A DNA stretch of 64,000 nt from the human T2T-CHM13v2.0 reference genome, Homo sapiens. Positions 27,865-41,405 of the stretch are shown here, piece after piece. The DNA is taken from NCBI RefSeq assembly GCF_009914755.1, contig NC_060926.1; one strand, written 5' to 3'. Numbering within the stretch: position 1 is the stretch's first letter; every line of letters begins with the position of its first letter. The notes beneath the pieces were generated by a model, which saw only the letters and a list, made by a program, of their open reading frames with translations, was not told the origin of the DNA and ran no database searches. The translations under genes and the position numbers were made by a program.

Positions 27865-28281
27865 TGTGTTAGTATGTTTGTGTTGCTGTAAAGGAATACC
27901 CAGGGCTGAGTAATTGTGAAGAAGAGAGGTTTATTTCGCTCACAGTTCTTCAGGCTGTACAAGAAGCATGGTACCAGCATCTGCTTGGTTTTTGGTAAGG
28001 GCCTCAAGCTGCTTCCACTCATGGTGGAAGGTGGAGAGCCAGTGTTTGAGAGATCACATGGCAAGAAAGGTGGCAAGGAAAAGGGGAGGCAGGTGCCAGG
28101 CTTTCAACAGGTTCCATGGGAACTAATAGAGCAAGGACTGACATTACTGCCAGGATGACACCAAGTCATTCATGAAGGATCCGCCTCCATAACCCAAACA
28201 CCAGCCCCCCATTAGGCCCCACCTCTTACACTGGGGATCAACATGAAGTTTGGAGGTGGTAAAACAAACCAAATGATAACA
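27865..28281 (-). mobile_element. MSTB-like MaLR solo LTR
   Basis: TGTGTTAGT..GTTGCTGTAAAGGAATACC, AGGCTGTACAAGAAGCATGG, ATTAGGCCCCACCTC; TG...CA ends. Confidence 0.9.
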
Positions 28282-29984
28282 GAAATACACTGTCAAAGTC
28301 AGAGCTGACAAAAATAAAATGGACTATGTTGTGATTAGTGATTGTACTAAGCTGGAGAAAATTTCAGTTAATTAACAGGTTGTAGTGTTTTGGGCTTTGT
28401 TTCCTTTCTATTCAGTATAACTCGTTTACCTGGTACTTTTTGACTGATATGCTCAGCTTGACTAATTATTTTGAAACTGTGAAGATGCATCGCAGTCAGT
28501 ATAAATATGTTCACTATAATGTAAGTCCTCTTTTCATAGTAAAATTGATGTAAGATGGCACAGTCATTCTTCATTCAGTACAGTTTGCTTGAAGACATCT
28601 GTATTAACAAGAGCGTTTTACCTTCGCCTAGATTTCAAATGCTTTGGTAATTTGTACTGTGCTTAAATAAAGCACATCCTGGCATGAAAATGAATGAATG
28701 CCTCCTGGCACTCTGTGCGTGTATTCCTCAGAGTTTATGATAATTAGGATGCTTGTTTAATTGCTGTCCCTTTATTTCCACTGGGTTGTGGCAGCTAAAG
28801 GGCAGCTTTCAAACCATGTGTGTTACATACATAGGTAATTTATAAACTCATTTTGCTGTTACGAGCACAGGAAAAAATCCCGAATGTCAATAAGCCAATG
28901 TTTTAATTATTTTATCCCCACCATTACTGCTGATTGTACATTTGTTTTCGCTTCTCAGACAGGAAGGATGGGCCTTTGAGTTACTGCCCTTAAGGATTGA
29001 CTCATTTGAGCCATGATGAGTAAGCATCATATTGCTACAATAGTTTTTACATAATAAGAATTCTTGAGGTTTCTAATAGGTATAGCCAGTTTATAAATGC
29101 TATTATTTAAGTATCTATAAGTATAAAGTAGCTGTCAATCACATCAGGAGCAAATATTTAATTCTATATCAGTAGTAGTAAATAATTACTATCATTTAAA
29201 AGGACTATGTTTTAATAATACTTTTAATAATCCTAAATGTGTCCAATTTATTAAATTAAGAATGTTTAAAGGATATTGAACTTCCATGTGTTGTTAATAT
29301 TAACTATAACAGTGCAATAATTATTTTCCAAATGCTATTCTTCTTATAGAAATCTTTCCTTATTATAATGAACTCAGTTTCCTGGAGTGTTATTAGGTCA
29401 GAAAAGCTCAGAAATTGAGGTGATATTATTTCTTATAAGGAGATCATTTGCAAGTTTATGTTAAAGAAAATAAGAGATCAAGATAAAGAATATCTCACTG
29501 TCTTTGTTACATGTTCAGACAAAGGGTTTTCTTTGTGTATATATATATTTGAAGCTATGGAATGAATTACTCATTAGATTCCTTATGCCTTCCCTTTTCA
29601 TGTGAAATGTAAAATTTTAAATATAGTACGTGGTTTTATTTAATCCCATTTATCTTAAAACTTACTTTGCTTTTGGCTGTGATTTAAATTGAATTTCCCC
29701 GTAGAGAATCATGAAATAAACAAATCCAACTATTATCCAGAGAAGCTCAAAAAAGTCATAGAGAATTATATACTCTAAGGACTCAAATAGAGTTATATTC
29801 AACAAATACTATTGAATAAATGAAGTATGTAAACATGATAGATGGGTAAATAGAAGAAAATAAAAGACCAGAGAGAAATATTAGAAAATAAAGCAGCTGT
29901 TGTGTAAGGATAGATGGTATTTGGGGAAATTTTTTTTTTAAGTTTTAACATAATTGAAATATTTTAAAGTAATCATTTAAAATG

Positions 29985-30179
29985 GGCACCCAGTGCAATT
30001 TCTTGGTAAGTTGAAAAAACAAGTGTTTTGACCCTACTTTATACCATATGCAAAAAGCAATTCCATAGAGATTGTAGAAATAAATGTGAAGGGCAAAACA
30101 ATAAAGCTTTTAAAAAGAAATTATAGGGGAAACTTTTCATGACATGGGGTTATTTTTAATCAGAATATAAAAAGCACTA
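29985..30179 (+). mobile_element. Ancient L1ME ORF2 fragment (left part; resumes at ~36020)
   Basis: GACCCTACTTTATACCATATGCAAAA..TAAATGTGAAGGGCAAAACAATAAAGCTTT. Confidence 0.7.
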
Positions 30180-31913
30180 GACTTCTGGTTCCAAAATGGC
30201 AGTATAGAAGCAAGCTTCATTCACTCCCCACCACAGAAATCCAGAAACAAATATAGAGCACCAGAATTTTTCACCAGCAACAACCCAGAACTCAAATATG
30301 GGATGAAACAATTCCTGGAGCCACAGAAAAGTGGAGAAACTCCAAGCAGATAGTAAAAGAATCCAGACTCCCACATCCACAATGCCCCTCCCCCAAATTC
30401 TTCCCAGCGCCAAGCACACAGGAAATCTCCCCTCAATTCACAGTTTATGTACTTGAAAAAGTGAGATTGAGATGGTCAACCGGCTTCCCCACCTTCTTGG
30501 GTTCCCAGCAGGAGACTTGTCCTTGCTTTAACCCACAGGAATCATCATGACTGAGTGAAGGAAGAAATATCCCTGCGGACAGGCAGAGACAAAGGAGGGG
30601 GCAGGACTGACATTCCCAGCCATGGAAACTCTGTGACTCAACCAAAGGAGACACCAAATCAGACTCAGCAACACCATGCTGTCGGATGGTACATTCCACA
30701 GATACAGATCCCCTGGGGATGGACACCAACTCAGCCTTCCGATCCTGCTGGGATAATCCCTTTGAGACCTCCCCATTCAGGACTGACAGTACTTCAGTAA
30801 TTTACTAGTGCTGAGGTGAAACTGGGCTTATAGTGCCAACCAGAGCTGAAAAGGAAAACATTGGAGTTTAAACGACATACCCTATCTAATAGGCCAAACT
30901 GGCATTTATGGAACATTTCAACCCACTGCCACAGAATATGTTATTTTCATTAGCAAATGGAACATTCTTGAGAACAGACCATATCTTAGACTACAGAACA
31001 AATCTGAATGAATTTTAAAAAATAGAAATCATATCAAGCATCTTTTCTGAACACAGTAGAACAAAACTAGAAATCAATAACAAGAGAAACCTCAGAAAAT
31101 ACACAAACACATGGAAATAAAACAACATACTCCTAAACAACCAGTGGGTCAATGAAGAACTCAAGAAGGAAATTAAAAAATTATTGAAACAAATGAAAAT
31201 GGAAATACAACATACTAAAATCGATTGGATACAGCAAAGCAGCACTAAGAGCGAAGTTGATAGCAATAAATGCCTATATCAAAAAAGTAAAAAGACTTTA
31301 AATAAACAACCTAAGAATGCATCTCAAGGAACTAGAAAAGCAAGAACAAGCCCAGCCTATAATTAGTAGTAGGAAAGAAATAATAAAAATCAGAGCAGAA
31401 ATAAATGAAATTAAGACAATACAATACAGAATATGAACAAAAAAAAGTTGTTTTATTGAAAAGGTAAAAAAAAAATCAACAAACCTTTAGCTATGCTAAG
31501 GACAAAAGAGAGAAGACCCAAATAAATAAAATCAAAAATGAAAAAGGAGACGTAACAACTGAGACATCAGAAATACAAAGAATCATTAGACACTATTATG
31601 AACAATTATACTCCAACAAACTTGGAAACCTAGAAGTAATGCATATATTCCTGGACACATATCACTTACCAAGATTAAAACACAAAGAAACCTCAAAAAA
31701 CCAATAACAAGTAACAAGATTTAAGCCATAATGTAAAGATTCTCATTAAAGAAAAGCCCAGGACCTGATTACTTCACTCCTGAATTCTACCAAACACTTA
31801 AAGAAAAACTAATGCCAATCCTACTCAAACTCTTCAAAAAAATTAAAGGTGAGGCAATACTTTAAAACTCATTTTATGAGGCCAGCATTACCCTGATAAC
31901 AAAAGCAGGCAAA

Positions 31914-31964
<51 letters not shown>

Positions 31965-33000
31965 ACAAAACTACAGGCCAATATCACTGGTGAACGTAGA
32001 CACAAAATCTTCAACAAAATGCTAGCAAACTAAACTCAACACATTAGAAAGATTATTCATCATAACAAAGAGGGATTCATCCAGGGATGCAAGGATGGTT
32101 CAAAATACACAAATCAATAAATGCAATATATCACATTAACAGAATCAGAAAAACCTTATGATTATTTGAATAGATGCTGAAAAAGCATTTGATAAAATTC
32201 AGCATCCCTTATTACAAAAAGCCTCATCAAAATGGGTATTGAAGGAACATACCTCAAAATAATAAGGGCCATATGTGACAAACCCACTGCTAACATCATA
32301 CTGAACAGGAAAGTATTGAAGACCTCTCCTCAAAGGAGATGAACAGGACAAGGATGCCCAGTTTCACTATTTTTATTGAACATACTACTGGAACTGCTGG
32401 CCAGAGCAATTAGTCAAGATAAAGAAATGAAGGATATCCAAATTGGAAAGGAAGTTAAACCTAGAAAAACCCACCTAAAGACTGCAACATAAAAAACTGT
32501 TAGAACTAATAAATGGATTTAGTAAAGATACAGGATACAAAATTAACATACAAAAATCAGTAACACTTATATATGGCCAACAGCAAACAATCAGAAAAAA
32601 ATCGAGAAAGCAAGCCCATTTCCAATAGCTACAAAAATATGAAATACCTAGAAACCAATCTAACCAAAGAAGTGAAGATGTATACAAAAAAAAAAAAACA
32701 AAAAACAAAAGACAAACAAAAAAAAAACACTGTGCAGCTCTGTTTAAAGAAATTGAAGAAGACACACACACAAAATGGAAAGATATTGCATGTTCATGGG
32801 TTGGAAGAATTAATATTGTGAAAATGGGCAATACCAGCCAAAGCAATTTACAGATTCAGTGCATTCTCTATCCAAATACCAATGACATTATTTACAGAAA
32901 TAGAAAAAGAAACTCCTAAAATTTATCTGGAAGCACAAAAGATCCAAAAGAGCCAAAACAATCTTGAGCAAAAAGACTAAATCTAGAGACATCCCCATAC
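30180..33000 (+). mobile_element. L1MA-type element, 5' part: 5'UTR joined directly to ORF2 (ORF1 deleted)
   Basis: 5' start GACTTCTGGTTCCAAAATGGC. Jumps at ~30857 into endonuclease-coding text; RT-region motifs AGCCCAGGACCTGAT, GGATGCAAGGATGGTTCAA, AAGGATGCCCA. Confidence 0.88.
31915..31967. repeat. (CA)n microsatellite inside L1 ORF2
   Basis: Direct reading. Confidence 0.97.
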
Positions 33001-33035
33001 TTCAGTTTGTTTTAGGTAAATATAAAACTGCTCTT

Positions 33036-33617
33036 TGTAGGTAACCTGACCTTTCTCTCTGGCTGTTCTTAACATGTTTTCCTTCATTTCAACCTTGGAG
33101 AATCTGACAATTATGTGTCTTGGGGTTGCTCTTCTCAAGTACTATCTTACTGGTGTTCTCTATATTTCCTGAATTTGAATGTTGGCCTGTCTTGCTAGGT
33201 TGGGGAAGTTCTCCTGGATAATGTTCTGAAGTGTGTTTTCCAACTTGATTCTATTTTCCCTGTCACTTTCAGGTACGCCAATTAATCATAGGTTTGGTCT
33301 TTTAACATAGTCCCATATTTCTTGGAGGCTTTGTTCATTCATTTTCATTCTTGTTTCTCTAATCTTGTCTTCGCACCATATTTCAGTAAGTTGATCTTCA
33401 AATTCTGATATCCTTTCTTCTGCTTGATTGATTTGGCTGTTGATACTTGTGTATGCTTCACTAATTTCTTGTGCTGTGTTTTTCAGCTCCATCAGGTCAG
33501 TTAGGTTCTTCTCTAAGCTGGTTATTCTAGTTAGCAGTTCCTGTAACCTTTTATCAAGGTTCTTAGCTTCCTTGCATTGGGTTAGAACATGCCCCTTTAG
33601 CTCAGAGTTGTTTGTTG
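33036..33617 (-). mobile_element. Inverted L1PA ORF1 segment
   Basis: ORF 33492-33286 MELKNTAQE...AEERISE.ED...NEQSLQEIWDYVKRPNL is L1PA ORF1p. Confidence 0.93.
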
Positions 33618-34654
<1,037 letters not shown>

Positions 34655-34984
34655 AGCTCCAAAAGCACAGAACTATGAGGCTTTTTGGCAAAGGGGCATG
34701 CAAATTATACTCCCCCAAAATGTCCTTGTATAATTGTGGTTCTTATACAGGTCATTAAGATTGACCTTGTATAAGTGTCACTTATGACCTCTTAGGTCAT
34801 AAAATGAGGTTCTTAATAGACCTAACAGAAAATGTTGATGCTATACAAATGTATTTTACCTTAAGAAAAAGGAGCATATATCAAATAATTTTATAAAGAT
34901 ACCCATACAAAATAAAGTTTGAATCAAAAAATGTATATAAACCTGCTCTAAAAATGTCTACACAAGTGTTACAAAAAAAAAAAG

Positions 34985-36015
34985 TTGATTGAGGAAACAT
35001 TCCAGAACATTGGTCTAAACAAAGATTTTATGGAGAAGACCTCAAAAAAATTACAGGGAACCAGAGCAAGAATAGACAAATGGGATTACATCAAGCTAAA
35101 AATCTTCTGTATAACAACAACAACAACAACAACAAAAATCAACAAAGTGAAAAGACCACTTACAGAATGGGAGAAAATATTTGTAAACTATCCATCTGAG
35201 AAGGCATTAATAACCAGAATATGTAAGAAGCTCAAACAACTCAATAGCAAACAAAAAACCAAAAAAAAAAAAAAAAACCACACAAATAATTTGAGTTTAA
35301 AATTGGCAAAAGATCTGAACAGGCATTTCTCAAAATAAGACAGACAAATGGCCAATAGATATATGAAAAAATGTTCAACATCATTAATCCTGAAATATCA
35401 TCTCACCCCAGTTAAGACTGCTTGTATCAATAGACAGGCAATGACATCTGCTGGTGAGGTTGTAGAAAAGGGGAACCCTCATACACTGTTGGTGGGAATG
35501 TAAATTAGTACAGCTACTATCAACTGTATGGATGTTCCTCAAAAAGTTAAAAATAGAACTACCATATTATCCAGCAATCACAGTACTAGGCATATATCTA
35601 AAAGAAAGGAAATTAGTATATCAAAGAAATACCTGCACTTCCATGTTTATTGTAGCACTATTCACTGAAATATGGAATCAACCTAAGTGCTCATCAATAG
35701 ATGAATGGATAAAGAAAATGTATATATACAGAATGGAATGTTATGCAGCCATAAAACAAATGAAATACTGTCATTTGCAGCAACATGGATGGAACTGGAG
35801 GCCATTATATTAAACGAAATAAATTAGGTACAGAAAGACAAATATTGCATGTTCTCACTCGTGTAGGAGCTAAAGTGTGGAGCTCATGAAGACAGAGTGG
35901 AATGGTGGTTACCAGAGGTCAGGAAGGGTAGGGTGTGGGGATGAAGGAGAAAAAAGGAATATAAATGTATTTATTACCACAAAAAGGTAATTAAATGGCA
36001 CGGTAGAACAAATAA
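34985..36015 (+). mobile_element. L1MA-type element, 3' part (continuation of 30180-33000)
   Basis: ORF2 peptides [39 protein letters not shown]; L1MA 3'UTR GGTGGTTACCAGAGG; contains an (ACA)n run at ~35113. Confidence 0.88.
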
Positions 36016-36019
36016 GTAA

Positions 36020-37055
36020 AACATTAACCATAACAACTAAATACCTATATATTTTGAATAAAATGAATCACAATGTCTCTTTTCATCAAAAAGTCATTAA
36101 ACGTGAAGAAAAGTAATAAAGAAGTAAATCGAGTTATATCATAATAACAAATTTCTATTCATCACATGACATCAAGTAGTAAAAAAGTCTAGCCAGAGAA
36201 TGGAGAACATACATGCAAAACCTTTATCAAGCAAAGGACTCTCATATCTAGAATACATGAAGAATGTTCACAAATTGATAATCAAATGCAGACAATCAAA
36301 TAGAGAAATGAGCAAAAGTCTGGAACAAGCATTTTGCAAAAGAGGATATACAAATAGCAAATAAAAATATGACAATATATTCAACTTCATTATATAAAGA
36401 AGACTTGAATCTACAACATACCATACCAAATGACTAAGATGAAAAAGAAAGAACTTGTAAGTGTTGACAAGGATGTGAAGCCACTGAAACTTTCATTCAT
36501 TGATAATGAGAGTATAAGTTGGTACAACCACTTTGGAAAACTGCTTAGAATTATTTACTAAAGTTGAACATATTGTATATTCCGTATGACCCAGAAATTA
36601 CACACCTATTATAGAGACAAAATAAATGTGTACATCTCTTCATCAAATGGCATGTATAAGCATATTCATGGAATCACTAGAACTGGAAATAGCTATAAAC
36701 AACTGAAATGTCTACAAATATGTTGTGGTATATTCTCATATTTGAGTACCTTACAAAAATGAAAAGAAATGGGAAATGAAATAAGACACAAACTTAATGG
36801 ATCTCACCAGCACAATGTTGAACAAAAGACATTATACACAAGAATACATATTGTAATTCCATCTATTGTGATAGAAATCAGAATATCTCTTGCTGAGGGA
36901 TAACGTCTAGAAGAGTAGCAGAAAGGGGCTTCTGGGATTCTGATAATATTCTATGTCTTGTTTGGATGACTGGTTACAATAATTTATTCACTTTGTGAAC
37001 GTTAATTGGGTGTACAATGATTGTGTACTTGTATAGATTGTCCTGCAATAAAGCT
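36020..37055 (+). mobile_element. Ancient L1ME 3' part
   Basis: GTGTTGACAAGGATGTG, GGTACAACCACTTTGGAAAAC, GGGGCTTCTGGGATTCTGATAATATTCTAT. Confidence 0.8.
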
Positions 37056-37129
37056 GACAAGGAGAGAGATGGGGGGATAGAAAAAAATGGAGAACATAAG
37101 ACATTATATTGATCCTTTAGATTGTACTG

Positions 37130-37855
37130 AGGCTATTTAATTGACCTAATATATGACCAGTTTTGTAAATGTTTATGTGTACTTAAACAGATTGTGTATT
37201 CTGCTTTGAGAGACGAAATTTCATTTATGTCTCATGATTTAAACATAACAGTGGTTGTTAAGTTATATTTTCGAGGTTTTCTTATATCACTGTATATTTT
37301 TTCTGCATGATCTATATTTTCGGAAGAGGGTATGATAAAATCCTCAATCCAATTTTTAAATTCATAAATTACTTCCTCCTATTTTGTCAGTTAATCCTAT
37401 ATATTTTGAAGCTGTATTGTTGAATGCATATGTATTTATAATGAATGCATTCTGTTCATCTACTGTTCATTTTTAAAGTGTATGGCATTTTTATCTCCCA
37501 TTCTTTGCTTTAAATTTTATGTTTTCAAGTGTCAATATTACTACAGATTTCTTCAGGTTTATTTTCACCTGATATATCCTTTTTCATTATATTAATATCA
37601 TAGTTTCCATGTCTTTTGGTTTATGTCGTTTACATATATTGTAATTGCTGTTTTATTAGGGTTTTTTCCTGTATTTTTAAGTTTCTATACTATCATTTTG
37701 CCTCAGTGTGATTAATTTTTTCTTTCTTGGAATACTTAAAGTTTTTTCTTCTTGGTTTAAAAGGAATACATTCTAATTTCACATGTTATGGTAGTTACCA
37801 TATACTAAAGAGCTATGTTGAGTTTATTTACTGCAATTGATATATTTAATATATC
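37130..37855 (-). mobile_element. Ancient L1 (L1M5/L1ME) endonuclease-region remnant
   Basis: TTTTGTAAATGTT..TGTGTATTCTGC, ATATTTTGAAGCTGTATTG. Confidence 0.6.
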
Positions 37856-37860
37856 AGTAT

Positions 37861-38095
37861 TGTAAAGGAAAGCAGATATGTTTCCTTTCTCTATTAGGTT
37901 CATGGCTAAGGCCCCATAACAAAAGACAGATTAAAAAGACAAAAGTATACAGATTTATTTAATGCAAGTTTTACATGACATGGGGGGCCTTAATAAGGAA
38001 ATGGAGACCCAGAGAAAGAAGTAAACCTGTGTATTTTTTATGCTTAGGTTTGATGAAGACTAGACAGCTGTGCAGAAGTATGAATGGAAAACCCT
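37861..38095 (-). mobile_element. ERV1 LTR fragment (MER39/MER34-like)
   Basis: CCCCATAACAAAAGACAGATTAA..TTTATTTAAT..TTTTACATGACATGGG..AGGTTTGATGAAGA. Confidence 0.7.
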
Positions 38096-38839
38096 GAATA
38101 CTATTAGTGTCTTTACTTCCTAAGAGAATACAGCAAGAGGAATGAATATTAACTTTGAATCAGGAAAACTTGTGTTTTTATCTTGACTTGGCAGTTGACT
38201 GACTATGTAATTCTGGCCAAGTGACTCTGAGATGTAAAAATTTCTATTTTGGTAATTAGTTCTAATTTATAAGGTGCAAGAAACCAATTAGGTTATAATG
38301 TTCACTTTATGGAAGTCATTTTTGTTCACTATGTGTTACATTACTGCTAAAGTACCACATAATTAACCATTTGTTCCCTTCTTGGTTCAGTGCTTTTTAT
38401 AAGATCCACAATAAATTAACAGTGCTAAATCCTGTATTTCAATGCAGAAAAGTAAAGTGAACTTTCTCCAGAAAAGCCATTTATAGGAACTGTGGAATCC
38501 TAAAGAGATGAGTTATATTAAAGACACATTACATTTGAAATGAATGCATACTCAATCTTATGAACCTAGGGTAATGCCCACTGTAAACACTGTTGGAAAC
38601 CTTCAATCAACAACTCTTTGATGCCACTAATAAGTTTGCAGTAATATGGATTCATTCAAATTTGCTTCCATCTTTTATCAGTATTTCACAAATATTGTGA
38701 AATATTAACAATCTCAGTAGCCATAGGTATGATGTTTATGAGCTATATTCCCCTAACCCATGGCCCAAACTTCTGCTTTAATTCTTTAACAGATATTTTT
38801 CAAACTTAATGTACGTTAATGCTTTTCAAGTGAGAAGGA

Positions 38840-38963
38840 AATTCACATTTACTGAGTGTTTATTAGATGTCTTACATGCATTATCTCATTTAATTTTGTA
38901 GCAACTCGAATGAGATAGATATGTTATACCTCCTTTGCAAATAAGAAACTGCATCTCAGAGTG
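38840..38963 (-). mobile_element. MIR split by the MST provirus (resumes ~41406-41470)
   Basis: CATTATCTCATTTAAT..AAGAAACTGCATCTCAGAG, continuing GTTATGTCATTTGACCAG after the provirus. Confidence 0.7.
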
Positions 38964-41405
38964 TGCTATGATTTGAATGTTTGTCCCCTCCAAAACTCAT
39001 GTTGAAACTTAATCCCCATTGTGGCAGTACTGACAAGTGGGGCCTTGAAGAAGTCATTGGGTCCTGAAAGTGCTGCCTTCATGAATGGATTAATGGGTTA
39101 CCATTGAAGTGGGACTGGTGGCTTTATAAGAAGAGGAAGAGAGACCTGAGCTAGCCTACCCAGCTCCCTCATTATATGATACCCTGAGCCATCTCAGGTC
39201 TCTGCAGGAAATCCCCACAAGTAAGAAGGCCCTCCCTGATGTGGCCCCTTGACCTTGTACTTCTTAGCTTCTATAACTGGGAGAAGTAAATTTCTTTTAT
39301 TCATAAATTACCCAGTTTCAAATATTCTTTTATAAATGATGGAAAATGAGCCAAGAAAATTGGTACTGAGAAGTGGCATGTTGCTGATAATAAATACGTA
39401 AAAATGCAGAAGCAGCTTTGGAACTGGGTAATGGGCTGCAGCTACAGGAGTTTGAAGGAGCAGGCTAGAAAACACTTATATTGAGGGGAGGGCTTAGAAG
39501 ATAAGAATACTAGGAAATGTTTGTAACTCCTTAGAGATTGGTTAACTAGTTGTGACCAGAATACTGATAGAAATAGGGACAGCAAAGAACGTTCTGATGA
39601 GATTTCAGATAGAACTGAGGAACAAGGTATTGGAAACTGGAGAAAAGTCCATCCTTGTTGTAAACTGGCAAAGAACTTGGCTGCATTGTGTCTGTGCCTT
39701 AGTTAGGGCTTTATGGATTGTAGAATTTAAGAGCAATGAATTAGGATATCTGATGGAACAAATACCTAAGCAGCAAACCATTCAGGCTGCTGCATGACTA
39801 CTTTTAACCACTTACATTAAGCTGTGAGTTTAAAAAAAAATGACTTAAAGATGGAATTTATAATGAAAAGAGAAGCAAAAAAAAAGATCTGGAAAACTCT
39901 CGGCCTGGCCATGTAAGAAGTGAAAAAGCTTGTTCAAGAGAGGAAACCAAGTAAGTGGCTGAGCAACTTTTGCTAAGATTAGTAGAGAGAAGGAACCATC
40001 AAGGTGGTAGAAGAAGACCCTGGAAGCATTTCTGAGATCTTTGAGGCTCTCTCTTCCATCACAGGCCCAGAGGCTTAGGAGGACAAAGTGGCTTTGGGGA
40101 CAGACTCAGGCCTGCTGCCCAGGGTTACCTCAGGTCTCTGCTCCCTTCATTCCAACATAGTCCTCCTCAGCCACCCCAGCTGTGGCTCAAGTGGCCTCAG
40201 ACACTGAGCAGCTCACTGCTTAAGAAGATACAAGTCGTCAACCTTAGTGGCATCCATGTGCAAATTCTGTAGGCTTGCAGAAAGAAAGAGTTGTGAAGGG
40301 TTGGCAGCATTCACCCAAATGTCAAAGGATGCTGCAGAAAGCCTGGGGGCTCAGGCAGAGACTTGTCACAGGGGCAAGGCCCCCAATAAAGGGCTCCAAC
40401 TAGAGCAATGCTGAGTGGAAATGCGGGGTTAGAGTTGCCACAGAGAGTCTCCACTAGGGCAATGCTGAGTGGAGCCATGGAAGCACCACTGGGACTCCAG
40501 AGCTGTAGAGTCACCAGTAGCAAGCAACATCTGCCTGGGAAAGCTTTAGACACTGGATTTCTACCTGTATGAGCTACCATGTGACTAGCATGCAGCAAAG
40601 CCATAGAGATGGGGCTACCTGAAGCCTTGGGTCCCAATTCATGCCCCAAGATAACCAGAAGGTGGAACATGAAATCAAAGGGATTATTCTCCAGCTTTAA
40701 GATTTCATGTTTATCTTTCTGGGTTTCAGATTAGCTTGGGGCCTGTTACTCCTTTCTTTTTGCCTCCTCCTTCCTTTTGGAATGAGAATGACTGTCTTAG
40801 GCCTGTACTATTATTGTATCTTGAAAGTAGATAACTTGTTTTGATTTCATAGGCTCATAGGTAAGACCGGACTTTGGACTTTTGAGTTGGTGCTGGAACA
40901 AGATAAGACTTTCAGGCTATGGGGATGGAATGAATATATTTATGTGTTAGAAGGACATGCATTTTGGGAGGCCAGGGGTGGGATGCTATGGTTTGAATGT
41001 TTGTCCCCTTCAAAATTCATGTTGACACTCAATCCTCAATGTGGCAGTATTGAGAGGTGGGGCCTTTAAGAGGTGATTGGGTCATGAGCACTCTACCTTT
41101 ATGAATAGCTTAATCCATTATAGGATTAATCGATTAATGGATTGTCACAGGAATAGGACTGGTGGCTTTACAAGAAGAAAAGAGGCCTGAGCTAGCATAC
41201 TCAGTTTTCTTATGGTGTGATGTGATGCCTGCATCACCTTGGGACTCTGCCCAGTTCCCATCAGCTAGAAGGTTCTCACTAGATGCGACCCCTCAACTTT
41301 GCACTTCTCAGGCTCCGTAACTGTAAGAAATAATTTTTTGTTTGTTTTTCCTAATTACTCCTTTTTAGGTGTTCTGCTATAAGCAACAGAAAATGGACTA
41401 AGACA
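38964..41405 (+). mobile_element. Complete MST (MSTC/D-like) MaLR provirus: 5' LTR 38964-~39355, internal region to 40983, 3' LTR 40984-41405
   Basis: Two direct LTRs starting TGCTATG(A/G)TTTGAATGTTTGTCCCCT. Internal region starts AAAATTGGTACTGAGAAGTGG; purine tract before the 3' LTR; ends CTAAGACA. Confidence 0.93.
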
